Part shown: positions 12,511 through 23,771 of the stretch, in pieces
Layout of the letters: every line of letters begins with the position of its first letter
How positions within the stretch are numbered: position 1 is the first letter of the stretch
Assembly: GCA_030324005.1 (NCBI GenBank)
Contig: JARDVH010000132.1
Coordinates: 97,226,472 to 97,290,471 of the forward strand
From: Negaprion brevirostris
Taxonomy: Eukaryota
Length of the DNA: 64,000 bases
Direction of reading: 5' to 3'
Translations under genes and position numbers: made by a program
The notes under the pieces: generated by a model
Seen by the model: the letters and a program-made list of their open reading frames with translations, nothing else
Told to the model about the DNA's origin: nothing
Database searches by the model: none

Positions 12511-14209
12511 ACCATTCAAATATATTTTTAACTCTTGAATTATAAAGTCACATGTTTAGAACAATAGCACAAACTTTACCAACCTCTCTTTGGATTATAT
12601 AACATGAGCGATAACAAATTGTAATTCAATAGAAAAGAAAATTAAGCAGAATGTGAAATTATTATTCATGTTAAAACCTGTTAATCAGACATTAATTATG
12701 TCAATGAACGCAGTGATCACAGCCTGCCTGGAGAGAGGGCTGTGCCGAAATACGCGGCTCTCCTTACAAGAGTCAAATTTTGAAATGTTGCTGCATAAAC
12801 ACACACTCTAACCTTTTTCACTTTGTTCACAATGCATCGACTGTCTCTGTCGCTTCAGATTTCTGTGTTAAGAGCTAATTCACAACTGTCTGCCTATCAA
12901 TTCCTCTTTGTTGTACCCAAGTCAGTAACTTAATAATTAGAGATGTCCTAAAGTGCTAAGCTTTTGGCTTGTGTTCATATATTGCTGTCTCTTTGAATTA
13001 TTAATTTGCTTGACATATTAATGAACATCAACAGTAAGCAATGTATTTCATTGATTTTACATTAGCATAAAAATAATTGCCAGTTTTACCATTGCGCCAT
13101 TTCACTGTCCATTATTTCAGTAGTTATTAATTATTTTATTGAGAATATAATTAATATATTGATGTCTGGCCTAAAGTAACAGCAGTATCACAGGAAGGTG
13201 TCAAATATTCATCCTCCAGTGTCACCAACTGCAATTTCCAGGATATTTTACTAATTTATTTAATGGATACTTGGAGGGATTACATGGAAGTAATTTAATT
13301 AAAGGTTTTGAATGATGTCCAAAATTAACAAAAACTCAAGATCTTGAAATTAGCTTACTACGATAATGCCTTCCTATTTTTATATACACCAATAAACCTC
13401 CCTGGGTGCTGCTTGTGGTCACAGAGGATGTACTGTTTTATAGGGGCAAGAACATTATGCCATTTAAAAAAACACTAATTACTTCTCCCTTTAAAAGCAT
13501 AATTGCTCCTCATTTTTTAAACAAATGTTGGGTTCACTGAGAGGTCTGGGTGCAGATGGGAATCCTGCATTTGATTGTTGGTACTATATGGAACTGGTAT
13601 GATCTTGAAGAGAAGGTGCCAACACACGAGTCATTTTAGGATTGATTTTATCTGTTGGAAAGATAGTCAAATGTAAAGGTGAAAAATAAAAATCGGAAGG
13701 ATTAATGGGGCTAATGATGCAATCCGGATATTATGTACAATAAGTGATCTGTAACATGTAATCATTTCATTTAAACAGATTTTTGGCACTCTGAGTGCAA
13801 TCAATGCTTTTGGAATCCTCTGTGTAAAGCAATGAATCATTTTACTCAGTGGGTCTTCAGACACATCAAGTTGAATTTTAACTTCACAAGGTGCTGAATG
13901 GGTGGTTCAGTACCGCACAGGAAAATTGGAAGTACATGTAACATATCCAGTAATGGCCTTTTAGCTTAGGATCTCTAGGTTTCCTGAGTAATAATCATGA
14001 GTGGGCATGCTGAGTACCTGCGATTTCAGCTCCAAAACTTAAAGNNNNNNNNNNNNNNNNNNNNNNNNNNNNNNNNNNNNNNNNNNNNNNNNNNNNNNNN
14101 NNNNNNNNNNNNNNNNNNNNNNNNNNNNNNNNNNNNNNNNNNNNCAAAACTTAAAGGGACACTCCAAACATCAATTTGATGACATTAGGAGCACAACGGA
14201 AGGCATTGG

Positions 14210-14455
14210 CAAAATGCAGACCATCAAAGTCTGTGCTTAATAAATGATGCCACCTTAGATTTTGAAGTGAAGGTTCTAAGTGAAGATTTTCAAGTGAAGG
14301 CTTGGAGGGAAATAACCTTCTCTCCTGATGTGATGAAAAGAAGCTTGCAGGTGAAACAGTGCAGGTGTGGCTAGACATTGCCCGTGAGATCAATAGCAGG
14401 AGTCTGGGTTCAATGTTCAAGTGGTTTAATAGTCTAAGCAGGGAAGGAAAGAAGG
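14210..14455 (+). pseudogene. Myb/SANT-like (Harbinger partner) exon relic
   Basis: Plus frame from 14365 reads VWLDIAREINSRSLGSMFKWFNSLSREGK, matching the WxxIAxxV...F/WxxL trihelix pattern. Confidence 0.55.
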
Positions 14456-14765
14456 CACATTCACCTACATCCTGAAGCGTGTACCACTCTGACTGCCCTC
14501 CGCCCCCCCCTCACTCTGCCATCTCATGTCTACTCCAGCACATCACTCCTTGTGTCAACTTGCAGACGATCCCAACAGCCCTGTGATAGATCCTCACATC
14601 TCTGTTTGCCCATTAACCACTGACGTTCATCTTCATCATATGGTTTTCATGCATCTCCTGCATAGTCAGAAATATTCTCCATCAATGATTTCATCACCTG
14701 CCATTACTCTCATTCATACTGCGATGATACTGTGCCTTTAAGAAATGTATTTTTATTGTGTTTCT

Positions 14766-15600
14766 TGTACGGGATCCCTTTAAAATTCAGCTGTGTTGTA
14801 CAAGGTGTCAATTTGTCTGCATTAGGCAGCTCACATACTGAGGATTCAGGCTAATGATCAATTTTAGCTAAGGATGTGTTTGTTTTAATCTGAGCAAATG
14901 CATTTTTACTAACTGTGTTTTTTTCCCTGGAGTTTTAGAGTAGGGTTTTGATTCAGTTGATTGATAGAGACAGTTGTATGTTAATGGGCAGAGTTAAGTT
15001 TTCGGTTTTTGCCTAGTCCTGAAAGAAACAAGAGGGTCTTTCTGGCTTTCTCTCTCTGGAGGCTGCTGTTTGAGCTATTAGAAACTAGGCATTTTCTTTT
15101 GCCTATCTTTCTCTATCTCTCTAGAGGTGCTGAAAGATTCTAGGATGTTGAAAAGTATAAGTCTGTAAGCCTGTGTGGTGCTAACTGATTTTGAAGAGAA
15201 GTTTAAGTTTACAAGAGGAATATTACTTGAATGAAACTAATAGACATAGGTTAGCAATTAATAATTGTATCTTGTCATGTTTAAGTATTTCAATTGGTAA
15301 AAATTAAGCTAATTAATTTGTTATAGTTAAACTGTTTTGTTAAATAATGCATGTTTTGATAAAAGCTTCCCTGTGCAACAATAGAATTACTCCTGGAATG
15401 AAACACCTTGGGTGGGATTTTACAGCTTCACTTGAGTGAGACCAGAAATTCCCACTCAAGGTCAATGGATATTTTGGTTGTCTGCCCCTTGCCCACACTT
15501 ATTCTGTGGGGTGATAGANNNNNNNNNNNNNNNNNNNNNNNNNNNNNNNNNNNNNNNNNNNNNNNNNNNNNNNNNNNNTTGGGGTTTCGGATCTCGTACA
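14766..15600 (+). mobile_element. LTR-like element (probable solo LTR) with 12-bp inverted termini
   Basis: Left TGTACGGGATCC and right GGATCTCGTACA (11/12 inverted match, TG...CA). Flanks ttct/ttca. Contains a MITE at ~15410 and an N gap. Confidence 0.65.
15410..15515 (-). mobile_element. Harbinger-like MITE, same family as 42487-42601 and 43743-43846
   Basis: Terminus gggtgggattttac and core aaggtcaatgga (reverse complement of tccattgacttt). Confidence 0.55.
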
Positions 15601-16799
15601 TTCATAAAATGTTTCTTCTGTCCTTCCTTGCAAGTAAAAGGAGCACAGAACTCGATAGCATGACGGAACTGGAGCTGACTCTTCAGCTACCTCTTAACTA
15701 TCAATTTCAGAGGAAGGGGTGGTGGATGTCAGCAGAGGCTCAGTGTGCTTGGCTGGGGACCTCCCAGCTACCTGAATTACATAGCAGAGAGTCACATAGG
15801 AAAAAAGGCACGATAACCAGTATTAACTTGATGTCAGCAGCAAGTGAAATATGATCTTTCGTAATCATCAGTTAAAGCATTTACACCTTGACAATTCCAA
15901 TTAATGTCTTTAGTCTCCCTCAGGATCTCGAAGCATTCCATAAGAGGTGGTTCAGGAAGAAAATGCAGACTCATCAGAGGAATCCACTAACTCTGAGGTT
16001 GCTCTGTTACAAAACTTATGCAGACAGTGCACCAGCTCAGATACCCGTACTTTAGTGGCTTGGTAAGGAAGATAGTTGGGTTTTTGCATTGTGACTCACA
16101 TATCACAAATGAGCAAAAGGAGGAAAAGGCAACAATGGAGAGCTTGGGCCTGATTTTACCATCAAGTTGTGCCCATTTTCGGGTGCGGAAACTTGGTAAA
16201 GTTGGGCGTGAGGCGAGTAGCGCGATCTGTTACTCACGGGTGTCTTGTTGTTGTGGCCATTTTCTTTCTCAGGTTGGTGGGGACTCTGCAGGTGTGTGGC
16301 CAGGTGGGGGGGCTGTTGCTCTGCAGGGTCTCTGATGTCTGACTTGCAGCACGGACCCGGGTCTCAGCACTGACGTCGAGTTTTGGAGTGCTGCTGGGTC
16401 CTAGTTCACTCAGCTCACTTCCAGCTGAAGGATGTGCACAAAGCCCTTGCAAATAACACTGTTCAACTTTGCAAGGAGCTATGATTGTGGGGAGCATGTG
16501 GCCGTGGGAATTGGGGTGGGGTGGCTGTGATTGTGGGGAGCATGTGGCTGCAGGATTTGGGGGGAATGGAGAATGACTATTGATATGCTAGGGGCAAGCA
16601 GCGTTCCATAAGCTCTACGTGTTCCTCTCCATCTTCCCTCCAACCCTGCCTTCAGAGTGACAACATGGCTTTTTCTATGCAACCAACAGATCTAGCTGTC
16701 CCTTTTAGTTGCTCTGGAGCTGAAGAAGAGGAGCAGGAGGAAGTATTGTGGGCATAGGAAGCCCAGGCCTTACCATCTCCAGAATAAGAGGGAAATGAC

Positions 16800-17705
16800 C
16801 ACCAGAGGCAGGAGGTGGCTACCATTCAACCCAGAGATGGGGTGTAGGAGAAGGAAGGAGCAGAAACCACGGCAGTTCTGTGCACAAGCATCCTTCGAAC
16901 ATATGTTGGACACCGTGTACCANNNNNNNNNNNNNNNNNNNNNNNNNNNNNNNNNNNNNNNNNNNNNNNNNNNNNNNNNNNNNNNNNNNNNNNNNNNNNN
17001 NNNNNNNNNNNNNNNNNNNNNNCAACCTGTTGCAGGACATGGCACTCAGAAGTGGGGGTGGGTGTGGAGGCACCCAACCTTGGTGTCAGCCAAATTGATG
17101 CCACTCTTAACTTCTATGCGAGTGGTTCTTTCTAGACCCCGAGCAGAGATGTCTGTGGTGTCTCCCAATCTGCCGTGCATACCTGGGTGAGGCAGGTCAC
17201 TGAAGCCCTGTATGCCCGGGTTGGCCAGTTCATCAACTTCAACCTGGACTAGGTACAGCAGGAGGCACAAGCTGCAAGGTTCACAGCCCTTGTGGGAATG
17301 CTTAACGTGTAGGNNNNNNNNNNGGCGATTGACTGCACACATGTCACCCTGAAGGTCCCCCTACAGAATCGATGAAGATTTGTAAATAGGAATGATCAGC
17401 TAGTGTGCGACCAAAATATGACCATCATGTACATCTGCTCCAGACACACAGGCAGCATGCATGACAGCTTCGTCGTCTGGTGCTCGGACATCCTGGAGGC
17501 ATTTGAGGAGGAGCCCAGACTGTGTGGGTGGATCATGGGTCATATGGATTACCCGCTTCGGACATGGCTGATGATGCCTGTGTGGAGACCTGTGTGTGAG
17601 GTGGAAACCCGCTATAGTAAGGCCCATGTAGTCACCCGCGCAGTAATGGAGAGGTGCATTGGGCTCCTCAAGGTGCGATTCCGGTGCCTGCACCACTATG
17701 GTGGG
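16800..17705 (+). pseudogene. HARBI1-like Harbinger DDE transposase pseudogene
   Basis: LNFYASGSF* (17100), DVCGVSQSAVHTWVRQVTEALYAR, AIDCTHVTLK (17325), QLVCD...GSMHDSF, MGHMDYPLRTWLMMP, HVVTRAVMERCIGLLKVRFRCL. Stops and frameshifts present. Confidence 0.9.
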
Positions 17706-17719
17706 ACTCCTCCCAATGG

Positions 17720-18152
17720 CCTCACAGTTGGTCCAATGTGGCCGTCAGCCTCTCCTGCATTCTCTGGTTCTATTGCTGCATCTCCAGCAGCTGAGGGAGA
17801 AGTGATCTCAGAGGTCCAGCGTGTAACTTGGGGCCAGCTCAGTCCTCACCTCCGGCAGGCCCCCGCATGCCAGAGGCCTCAGACGTTCCTTCCACCATCC
17901 AATATACATCAGCAGATATGTCGTGCTCACCAGATTGTGACCCAGAGTCCTCAAAACTAACTGGATCCAGCGATGTGTCAGTATCTGGGATGGTGAGTTG
18001 TGAGGTGGCAGCTGATACCAAAACGGTGCCACCCTAGGAGGTACATTCACCCGCATCCTCTGAGGACTCATCTGTGCTGTCTCAACCAAGAGGAGTGGGA
18101 GCTCTAGCTGGGGCCTATAGTCCAGAAGGCCTTGGGGCATCTGGATCTTTCC
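17720..18152 (-). pseudogene. Harbinger partner gene exon-3 fragment
   Basis: TSQLTIPDTDTSLDPVSFEDSGSQSGEHDISADV...SEASGMRGPA aligns with the 45280 ORF (TSQITIPEALISVDQVSGEAAGSVSGARDTSADV...SEASGMGGPA). Acceptor cttgtgtcctgtgttgcag is identical in both. Confidence 0.8.
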
Positions 18153-18289
18153 CTGCAACACAGGACACAAGGTTAAGTGAAAGGGACGGAGAGGAATCTG
18201 AATGCCAAATACATAATACACATCTCTCCATTGAATACAGAACATGAAAATTGAATCACATGAACAGGCCCTTCGGCCCTCTAGGCCTG

Positions 18290-19183
18290 TAGTGAAGGGG
18301 GAAGGGATTGGTGAGGAGGTGGGGTAGAATGGGTAGGGTGGTTAAAATGAATGAGTAAAGGGATAGAGTGAAAAAGTCAATGTAGTAGGTAAGAAGATAG
18401 GGAGGGTAAGGTACATTAGAAAGGGAGAAGGGATAAGTTAGGTAATGGCTAGGTTGGATAAGGGAATAAGAAGGTAGGATGGTTAAAATGAGTGGGTAAA
18501 GGAGTAGGATGAAAAAGGCTGTAGGGAGTTAAGAAAATAGGGTTGGTGAGGTAAGTGGAAGGGGATGGGATGGGTAAAGTAAGTGGGTAAGAGGGTAAAT
18601 TGGTGAGTAAGTGGGTAAGAAGGGAGAGTGTGTAAGGGAGTAGGGTGACTGCTGGGAAGGGTGGTTGCTGTGTAGTGAGGGGTGAAGTTGGGTCATGCTG
18701 GGTTGGGTTGAACTGGACAGTCAGGCTAGTTAAGTGGATCAGAAGGGAAGTTGGATGTTCGCAGTGTAGTTGGCTTGTGGGGAAGTTGGCGGGGGGAGGT
18801 GGTAGTCAGGTGGTGGGAGCTAGTCAGGTCAGGTCAAGGGACGTTGGGCTTCAGTGATGAGTCAGGAAGGCTAAGGGGGGGATTCAGTGCGGTCAATGCA
18901 AGTGATTTTTGCAAGGTCAGTTGGGACGGTCACCCAGGTGTTGGGTTTTATACTGTCTAACATTTCCTGATTAATGATCGAGATAAGTTCTCAATTCTAA
19001 CTCAAGAGTTGGAAATTTCTTTGGAGAATCCCAGGAAGCAGGGAAATTGAGCATCAGAAGTACAAACTTTCTGAACAATGCCCACGGCCTCATTGCATTG
19101 ACACTTCAGGGGGTCCCATAACACATTTTGAAGGGGGCTTACGTCCAGTATCTGATTATCTAGAGACCGGAAAATCTGGGCCT
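18290..19183. repeat. Non-autonomous repeat with purine-rich arm and TIR-like end
   Basis: GA-rich 18295-18650; ends ggaaaatctgggcc. Inverted homology with 25660-26370 (taacatttcctg vs caggaaatgtta) and direct similarity to 53780-54200. Confidence 0.5.
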
Positions 19184-19800
19184 GTATCCAAAAAAGAATT
19201 AAGTGCTGGAGAAAGAACTGCTATCAGGATCAAAATTCAAGTGGAAAACCCTAATGATTTTGGAATATCTTAATCAGGGGTAGATGAGAGTACAGCAAAA
19301 GCTAGGCTTCCATCTGTGATTATCATAATGTGCTGAACATATACATTAATTCTGATGAATAAAATGTACTTGTAACTAGGTTCTGATGGTCCCTGGGGTA
19401 TTACATAATAGTGCTAATGATTAACAAGGGGAGTACTATTAGTTGGAGGATACTCCACCCTAATTGAACTTTTGGATAAAATTATAGAGAGCTTTTGTGC
19501 CCAGACCAAGGGTGCTGGTGTTTGAACAGAAAATGGTTACAATTACATCATAGGTCTTTTCAAGCTAATGTATTGAGAACAGTAGACAATGACACAAACA
19601 TAAAACACTGTTCCCTTGATATTATTGAATTCACCTGAAATTCTCTCATGTAGAAATTTTAACTTGGTTTATGAGGCCAGGTTAGTATCCTTTTCATCCC
19701 ATTCTTCAGAGCTGAGAACAGTAACTACATTTTCATAGTTCACTATTTTTAAGGGTAAAGTTTAAAAATTAAATTAAGTTCAATTCTCTGTTCATTCATT

Positions 19801-20079
19801 GGGCAGCACATTAGCACAGTGATTAGCTCTGCTGCCATACAGCACCAGGGACCTGGGTTCAATTCTGGTCTCGGGGTGACTGCCTGTGTGGAGTTCACAT
19901 ATTCTCCCCGTGTCTGCGTGGTGCTCTGGTTTCCTCCCACAGTTCAAAGAAGGCAATGCTAAGTTGCACCTTAGTGTCATGGGGGGATTTGCAGCGTAAA
20001 TATGGCATTAGGACCTGGGTTGTTGGTGCAGGCTCGATGGGTTGAATGGTTTCCTTCTACATAGGAGGGATTTTGTGAT
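19801..20079 (+). mobile_element. HE1-type SINE
   Basis: gggcagcacattagcacagtgattagc...gacctgggttcaatt...ttcctcccacagt. Confidence 0.9.
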
Positions 20080-21019
20080 AGTTGCAGAAATTTCAAAAAT
20101 GATTATTCATAAAAAATCAATGAATATTCACACTAGAAGCATTTAAAAATATTGCAGTATATTGTGGCACCAGCTTACAAATATAAAACATGAGATTTGG
20201 CACTTTTTGATTAAAAGAAGTGTTACTTGAAAGAGACTCTTACAAGCAACATACTATTGAGCTACAGAAAGTCCAGGTATGCATCCAATAAATCACAACA
20301 CTTCAAACACAACTATACTACTTTGTGCCTAAAGTCACAGTGAATTTTGTATAATTTGTGACACAAAGTCACTTTCTTTGGTCTGACAGGGACAAAAACT
20401 TGCTATGATGAGTGATCTTTTATCTCCAATCACATAGCCTGATGTCATCACAGACCAAGCATAAGACAGGAAGAATAACGCTGTATTATCTATCAGGACA
20501 CTATTAAATTTTCGCAGACAGAAAAAAACTACAATGTGACTACAGATGCATTCACTATCCAGATCCTCCCGATTGAAATTGAGCTAACACATTCCAATGG
20601 CACAATTCAAGAGCTTTTTGTCACATCTCCAATTATTTGTGATTGCAAATAATTATTTGGTTACTTACCTACTGACTGGGTCAAATCGCCCCCCAAATTA
20701 AACCTATTTTAAATAGAAGCTCCTGTCATCAATGCAACATTTATTATGCTAACACAGATTATCTTGCAGACTGAAATTTCTCAGATGCTGGCAGCAGGAT
20801 AATGGAGTTCCTAACATACAATTATGTAATATTAATGCTTTATTCTTTTGTGCTGACTATAAGAAATAGTTAGAAAATAACATCTCAAGCATAATTGCAA
20901 GTATAAGAAATGATTAATTAGTAAGCAATGGTACTCCTGGAATGCTTATTTATAAACTTGATGTAAAACTTCAAGTAACCTTCATGTGCAGGCTGGAATT
21001 ACCAATAAACAGGAAACAA

Positions 21020-21175
21020 TAAACAGAAAATGCTGGAAAATCTCAATAGGTCTGGTAGCATTTGTGGAGAGAGCATAGAGACAATGTTTCAAGTTTAGAT
21101 GACCGTTGGTCAGAGTGTACTTCCCTAAGAAGTACTGCTTTGTTTCAGATTCCAGCATCTGCAATATTTTGCTTT
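21020..21175. repeat. Penelope-associated terminal repeat, inverted remnant
   Basis: aacagaaaatgctggaaaatctc...gtggagagag, followed by ttcagattccagcatctgca. Same family as 52604-52790 and 61410-61590. Confidence 0.6.
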
Positions 21176-21309
21176 TAACCTGTAAACAATTTTTTTTTGC
21201 CAATCTGCAAGCAGTGCAAAATCTTTTGGTTGAATTTTCATATCCATTAGATGTGAAGAAAATATTTACAGGATGATAACATTTTTGACAATTTTTTTTG
21301 TTATATTTG

Positions 21310-21897
21310 TAGCCTGCAGTGCCAGCCTATCACTCTATACTGCCCACTGGACACCTTGGCACTGCACACCAGCCACTAGGCAGTACCAAGGGGGTGGAGT
21401 GTGTGGGTATGGGGCTGACTGGAAGCAGTGCTGATCTGTGACTGTGGGGGCACTGCACACACTGCATTAGCAATTGGTGGGTTGGGGGGGGAAGCGATCA
21501 GAGCCATGGGGGAGAGTGGAGGATTCGGGATGGCCATGGGGGAGGCAGAGCTGGCCCAGGGTGCTCAAGGACACCGGCCATTGAGATGGAGAGGAGGGGT
21601 CACAGAGGCTGGCGATCAGGGGGTGACGATCATGGAGACTAGTGATCAGGAGGCTGGCGATGGGGGGACCAGAGCGCATCTGCTGATCTCGCCACTGACA
21701 AATCAACTGACTTGTCGGATGGGATTTTGCCTGAAACTGCGCCCCCCCCACTTTGCCAGTGTGAATCCCTCCGCGACACTCTGTGATGCACAGAGCGCTG
21801 GAAATCTATCCCACTTAGTATGCTGAAAAACTGGACAGGGAAATCTCCCGTTTTTCCACCTGTTGGGCACCTAGCTTTGTTTGGGAGAATTGCCCCC
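21310..21897 (-). mobile_element. Harbinger-like element terminal fragment
   Basis: Ends ggagaattgccccc. Its reverse complement (ggggcaattctcc...aaaaacgggag...gtttttcag) resembles the left end at 43985. Confidence 0.55.
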
Positions 21898-21904
21898 AAT
21901 GTAT

Positions 21905-22440
21905 TTTTAGCAAGTTTTGATGGTTTCTCCTCCTATCAGGAATGTGGATCAGGTGGTTTACTTCATTAATCTTTTTGGTTACATGAACCAAACTAAACTT
22001 AGCAGCATTTTAAATCTTTTCTTTCAATTTAGTACCGTCCTTAACTTCCCTAGTAAGCCACAGATGGTGCATCTTTCTTATGATTTTTTTTTGAATGAAA
22101 TATATTTTTGTGAGGGTTTGAAATATCTCTTTACATGTCTGCCACTGCTTCTCTAGTGCCTTTAAACCTATTTTCCCATTCTACTTTAGCCAACTTTGTC
22201 TTCATATCTTTGGAGTTGCCTTCATGCAAGTTCAAGACACCAGGTGCAAACCCAATCTTTTCTCTTTCAAACTAAGGATGAAGTTCTATCAGGTTATGAG
22301 CACTCTTACCTAAAGGATTATTTATTATGAAGTCATTAATTCATTTTGTCTCATTACACATTACTAGGTTGAAAATATCCTGTTCCCTGGTTGGGTTCCA
22401 GAATGTTCTAAGAAACTGTCTTTTCACATGAACCTTCTCC
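21905..22440 (-). mobile_element. Degraded CR1-like LINE fragment
   Basis: Composition and segments (ccctggttgggttcc, ttctctttcaaact) typical of minus-strand CR1 ORF2. Weak. Confidence 0.4.
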
Positions 22441-22807
22441 CTACTACTTGGTTTAAAGTCCTTGCCACAGCCTAAGTTATATAATTTGCCAGTGCATCGG
22501 TTGAACTGGGATTTAGTTGAAGGTCATCTCAACAACAGCTGCTTTTTTCTTCAGTACTGGTGCCAGTAGCCCATGAATCAAAACCCAATTCTCCCACACC
22601 AATCTTTTACATGTACACTCAATTTGCTAATTTGTTTTATGCCAATATGCTTGTGGTCTCGGTAATAATTACCTGTGTGGTTCTGTTTTGTAATTTATAC
22701 CCTAGCTNNNNNNNNNNNNNNNNNNNNNNNNNNNNNNNNNNNNNNNNNNNNNNNNNNNNNNNNNNNNNNNNNNNNNNNNNNNNNNNNNNNNNNNNNNNNN
22801 NNNNNNN

Positions 22808-22890
22808 AATTTGTTGATCAGCTATGATCATAACTAATGATGCAGCAGGCTCGAAGGCCCAAATGACCCACTCCTGCTTCTATTTTCTGT
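22808..22890 (+). mobile_element. CR1 3' tail
   Basis: gatcagctatgatc...gcaggctcgaaggcccaaatgacccactcctgcttctatttt. Confidence 0.7.
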
Positions 22891-23443
22891 GGTACTGTTA
22901 AATTAAATAGTGTCAACATATTGTTTGATTCAATATAGTTAAACCACATTGAAATTCTTCCTGTTGATAAAGTTAAGCACAATGTCTTAATGTGCATATA
23001 ATGTCTAAAAACCTGCTTTGTAATCATTTGGCTTTTTCACCAAAATCATCCACAGATGGACCCTCAGCCTAAGGCATCTTAATTTCTCAAAGGGATATAA
23101 GATGATCTGTGGAGTCATTGGTCATGTCAAAAGGATGGGAAGGGCTTAGATGGAATCATGCTTCAGAGGTCTGGGGGAGTTGGTGATCATGACTAGCACC
23201 ACAGCGTACATCGTGGGTTTGTGGGAGAAGCATGAGGAGGTCGCATTGGAGGGGGGTGGAGTAGTCACAAGGTACATTATTTGGTCTGTTAGAACATTTG
23301 TGTTCTTCCTGAATCATAAATAGTGCTGTAAATAACACACCTTTGAATCCAGCCTTCTGCACCTCCTTTTATGTGCCAATGTGGGCTGGAAGTGGTATCT
23401 CTGTTGAAACAATGAAGTGATGCTTCAGTGATTGGGTTTCACT

Positions 23444-23771
23444 GGGCAGCATGGTGCACAGTGGTTAGCACTGCTGCTTCACAGAACCAGAGAGCCAGGT
23501 TCAATTCCAGCCTCGGGTCACTGTCTGTGTGGAATTTGCACATTCTCTGTGTCTCTGTGTGGGTTTCCTCTGTTTGCTCCTGTTTCCTCCCACAGTCCAA
23601 AGATATGTGGGTTAGTTTGATGGTCTTGCTAAACTGCCCCTTAGTGTCAAGGGGACTAACATGGTAAATACATAAGGTTACGGGAATAGGGCATGGATGG
23701 GATTGTTGTCAGTGCAGACTCGATGGGCCAAATGTTCTCCTTCTGTACTGTAGAGATTCTATGATTCTATG
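23444..23771 (+). mobile_element. HE1-type SINE
   Basis: Full head gggcagcatggtgcacagtggttagc through tail gattctatgattctatg. Confidence 0.9.

Larger units (their letters stand above)
16146..18235 (+). mobile_element. Decayed PIF/Harbinger transposon A (internally deleted)
   Basis: Left end gggcctgattttacc; transposase on + and partner-gene exon on -, convergent. Confidence 0.8.

Noticed and set aside
14033-14156. Direct repeat caaaacttaaag flanking the gap (also ggaacc at 56533/56639)
   Set aside because: Probably contig-end overlap around a placeholder gap, not a TSD.
17403-17960. 185-aa ORF as the host HARBI1 gene
   Set aside because: Upstream stops and frameshifts, the expected GDxGY aspartate is replaced (GHMDY), and the C-terminus reads into the antisense partner gene. 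It is a transposon relic.
16146-19183. One intact element bounded by gggcctgattttacc / ggaaaatctgggcc
   Set aside because: The match is imperfect, no TSD is seen, a CR1 tail intervenes at ~18240, and the right part belongs to a repeat found separately elsewhere.
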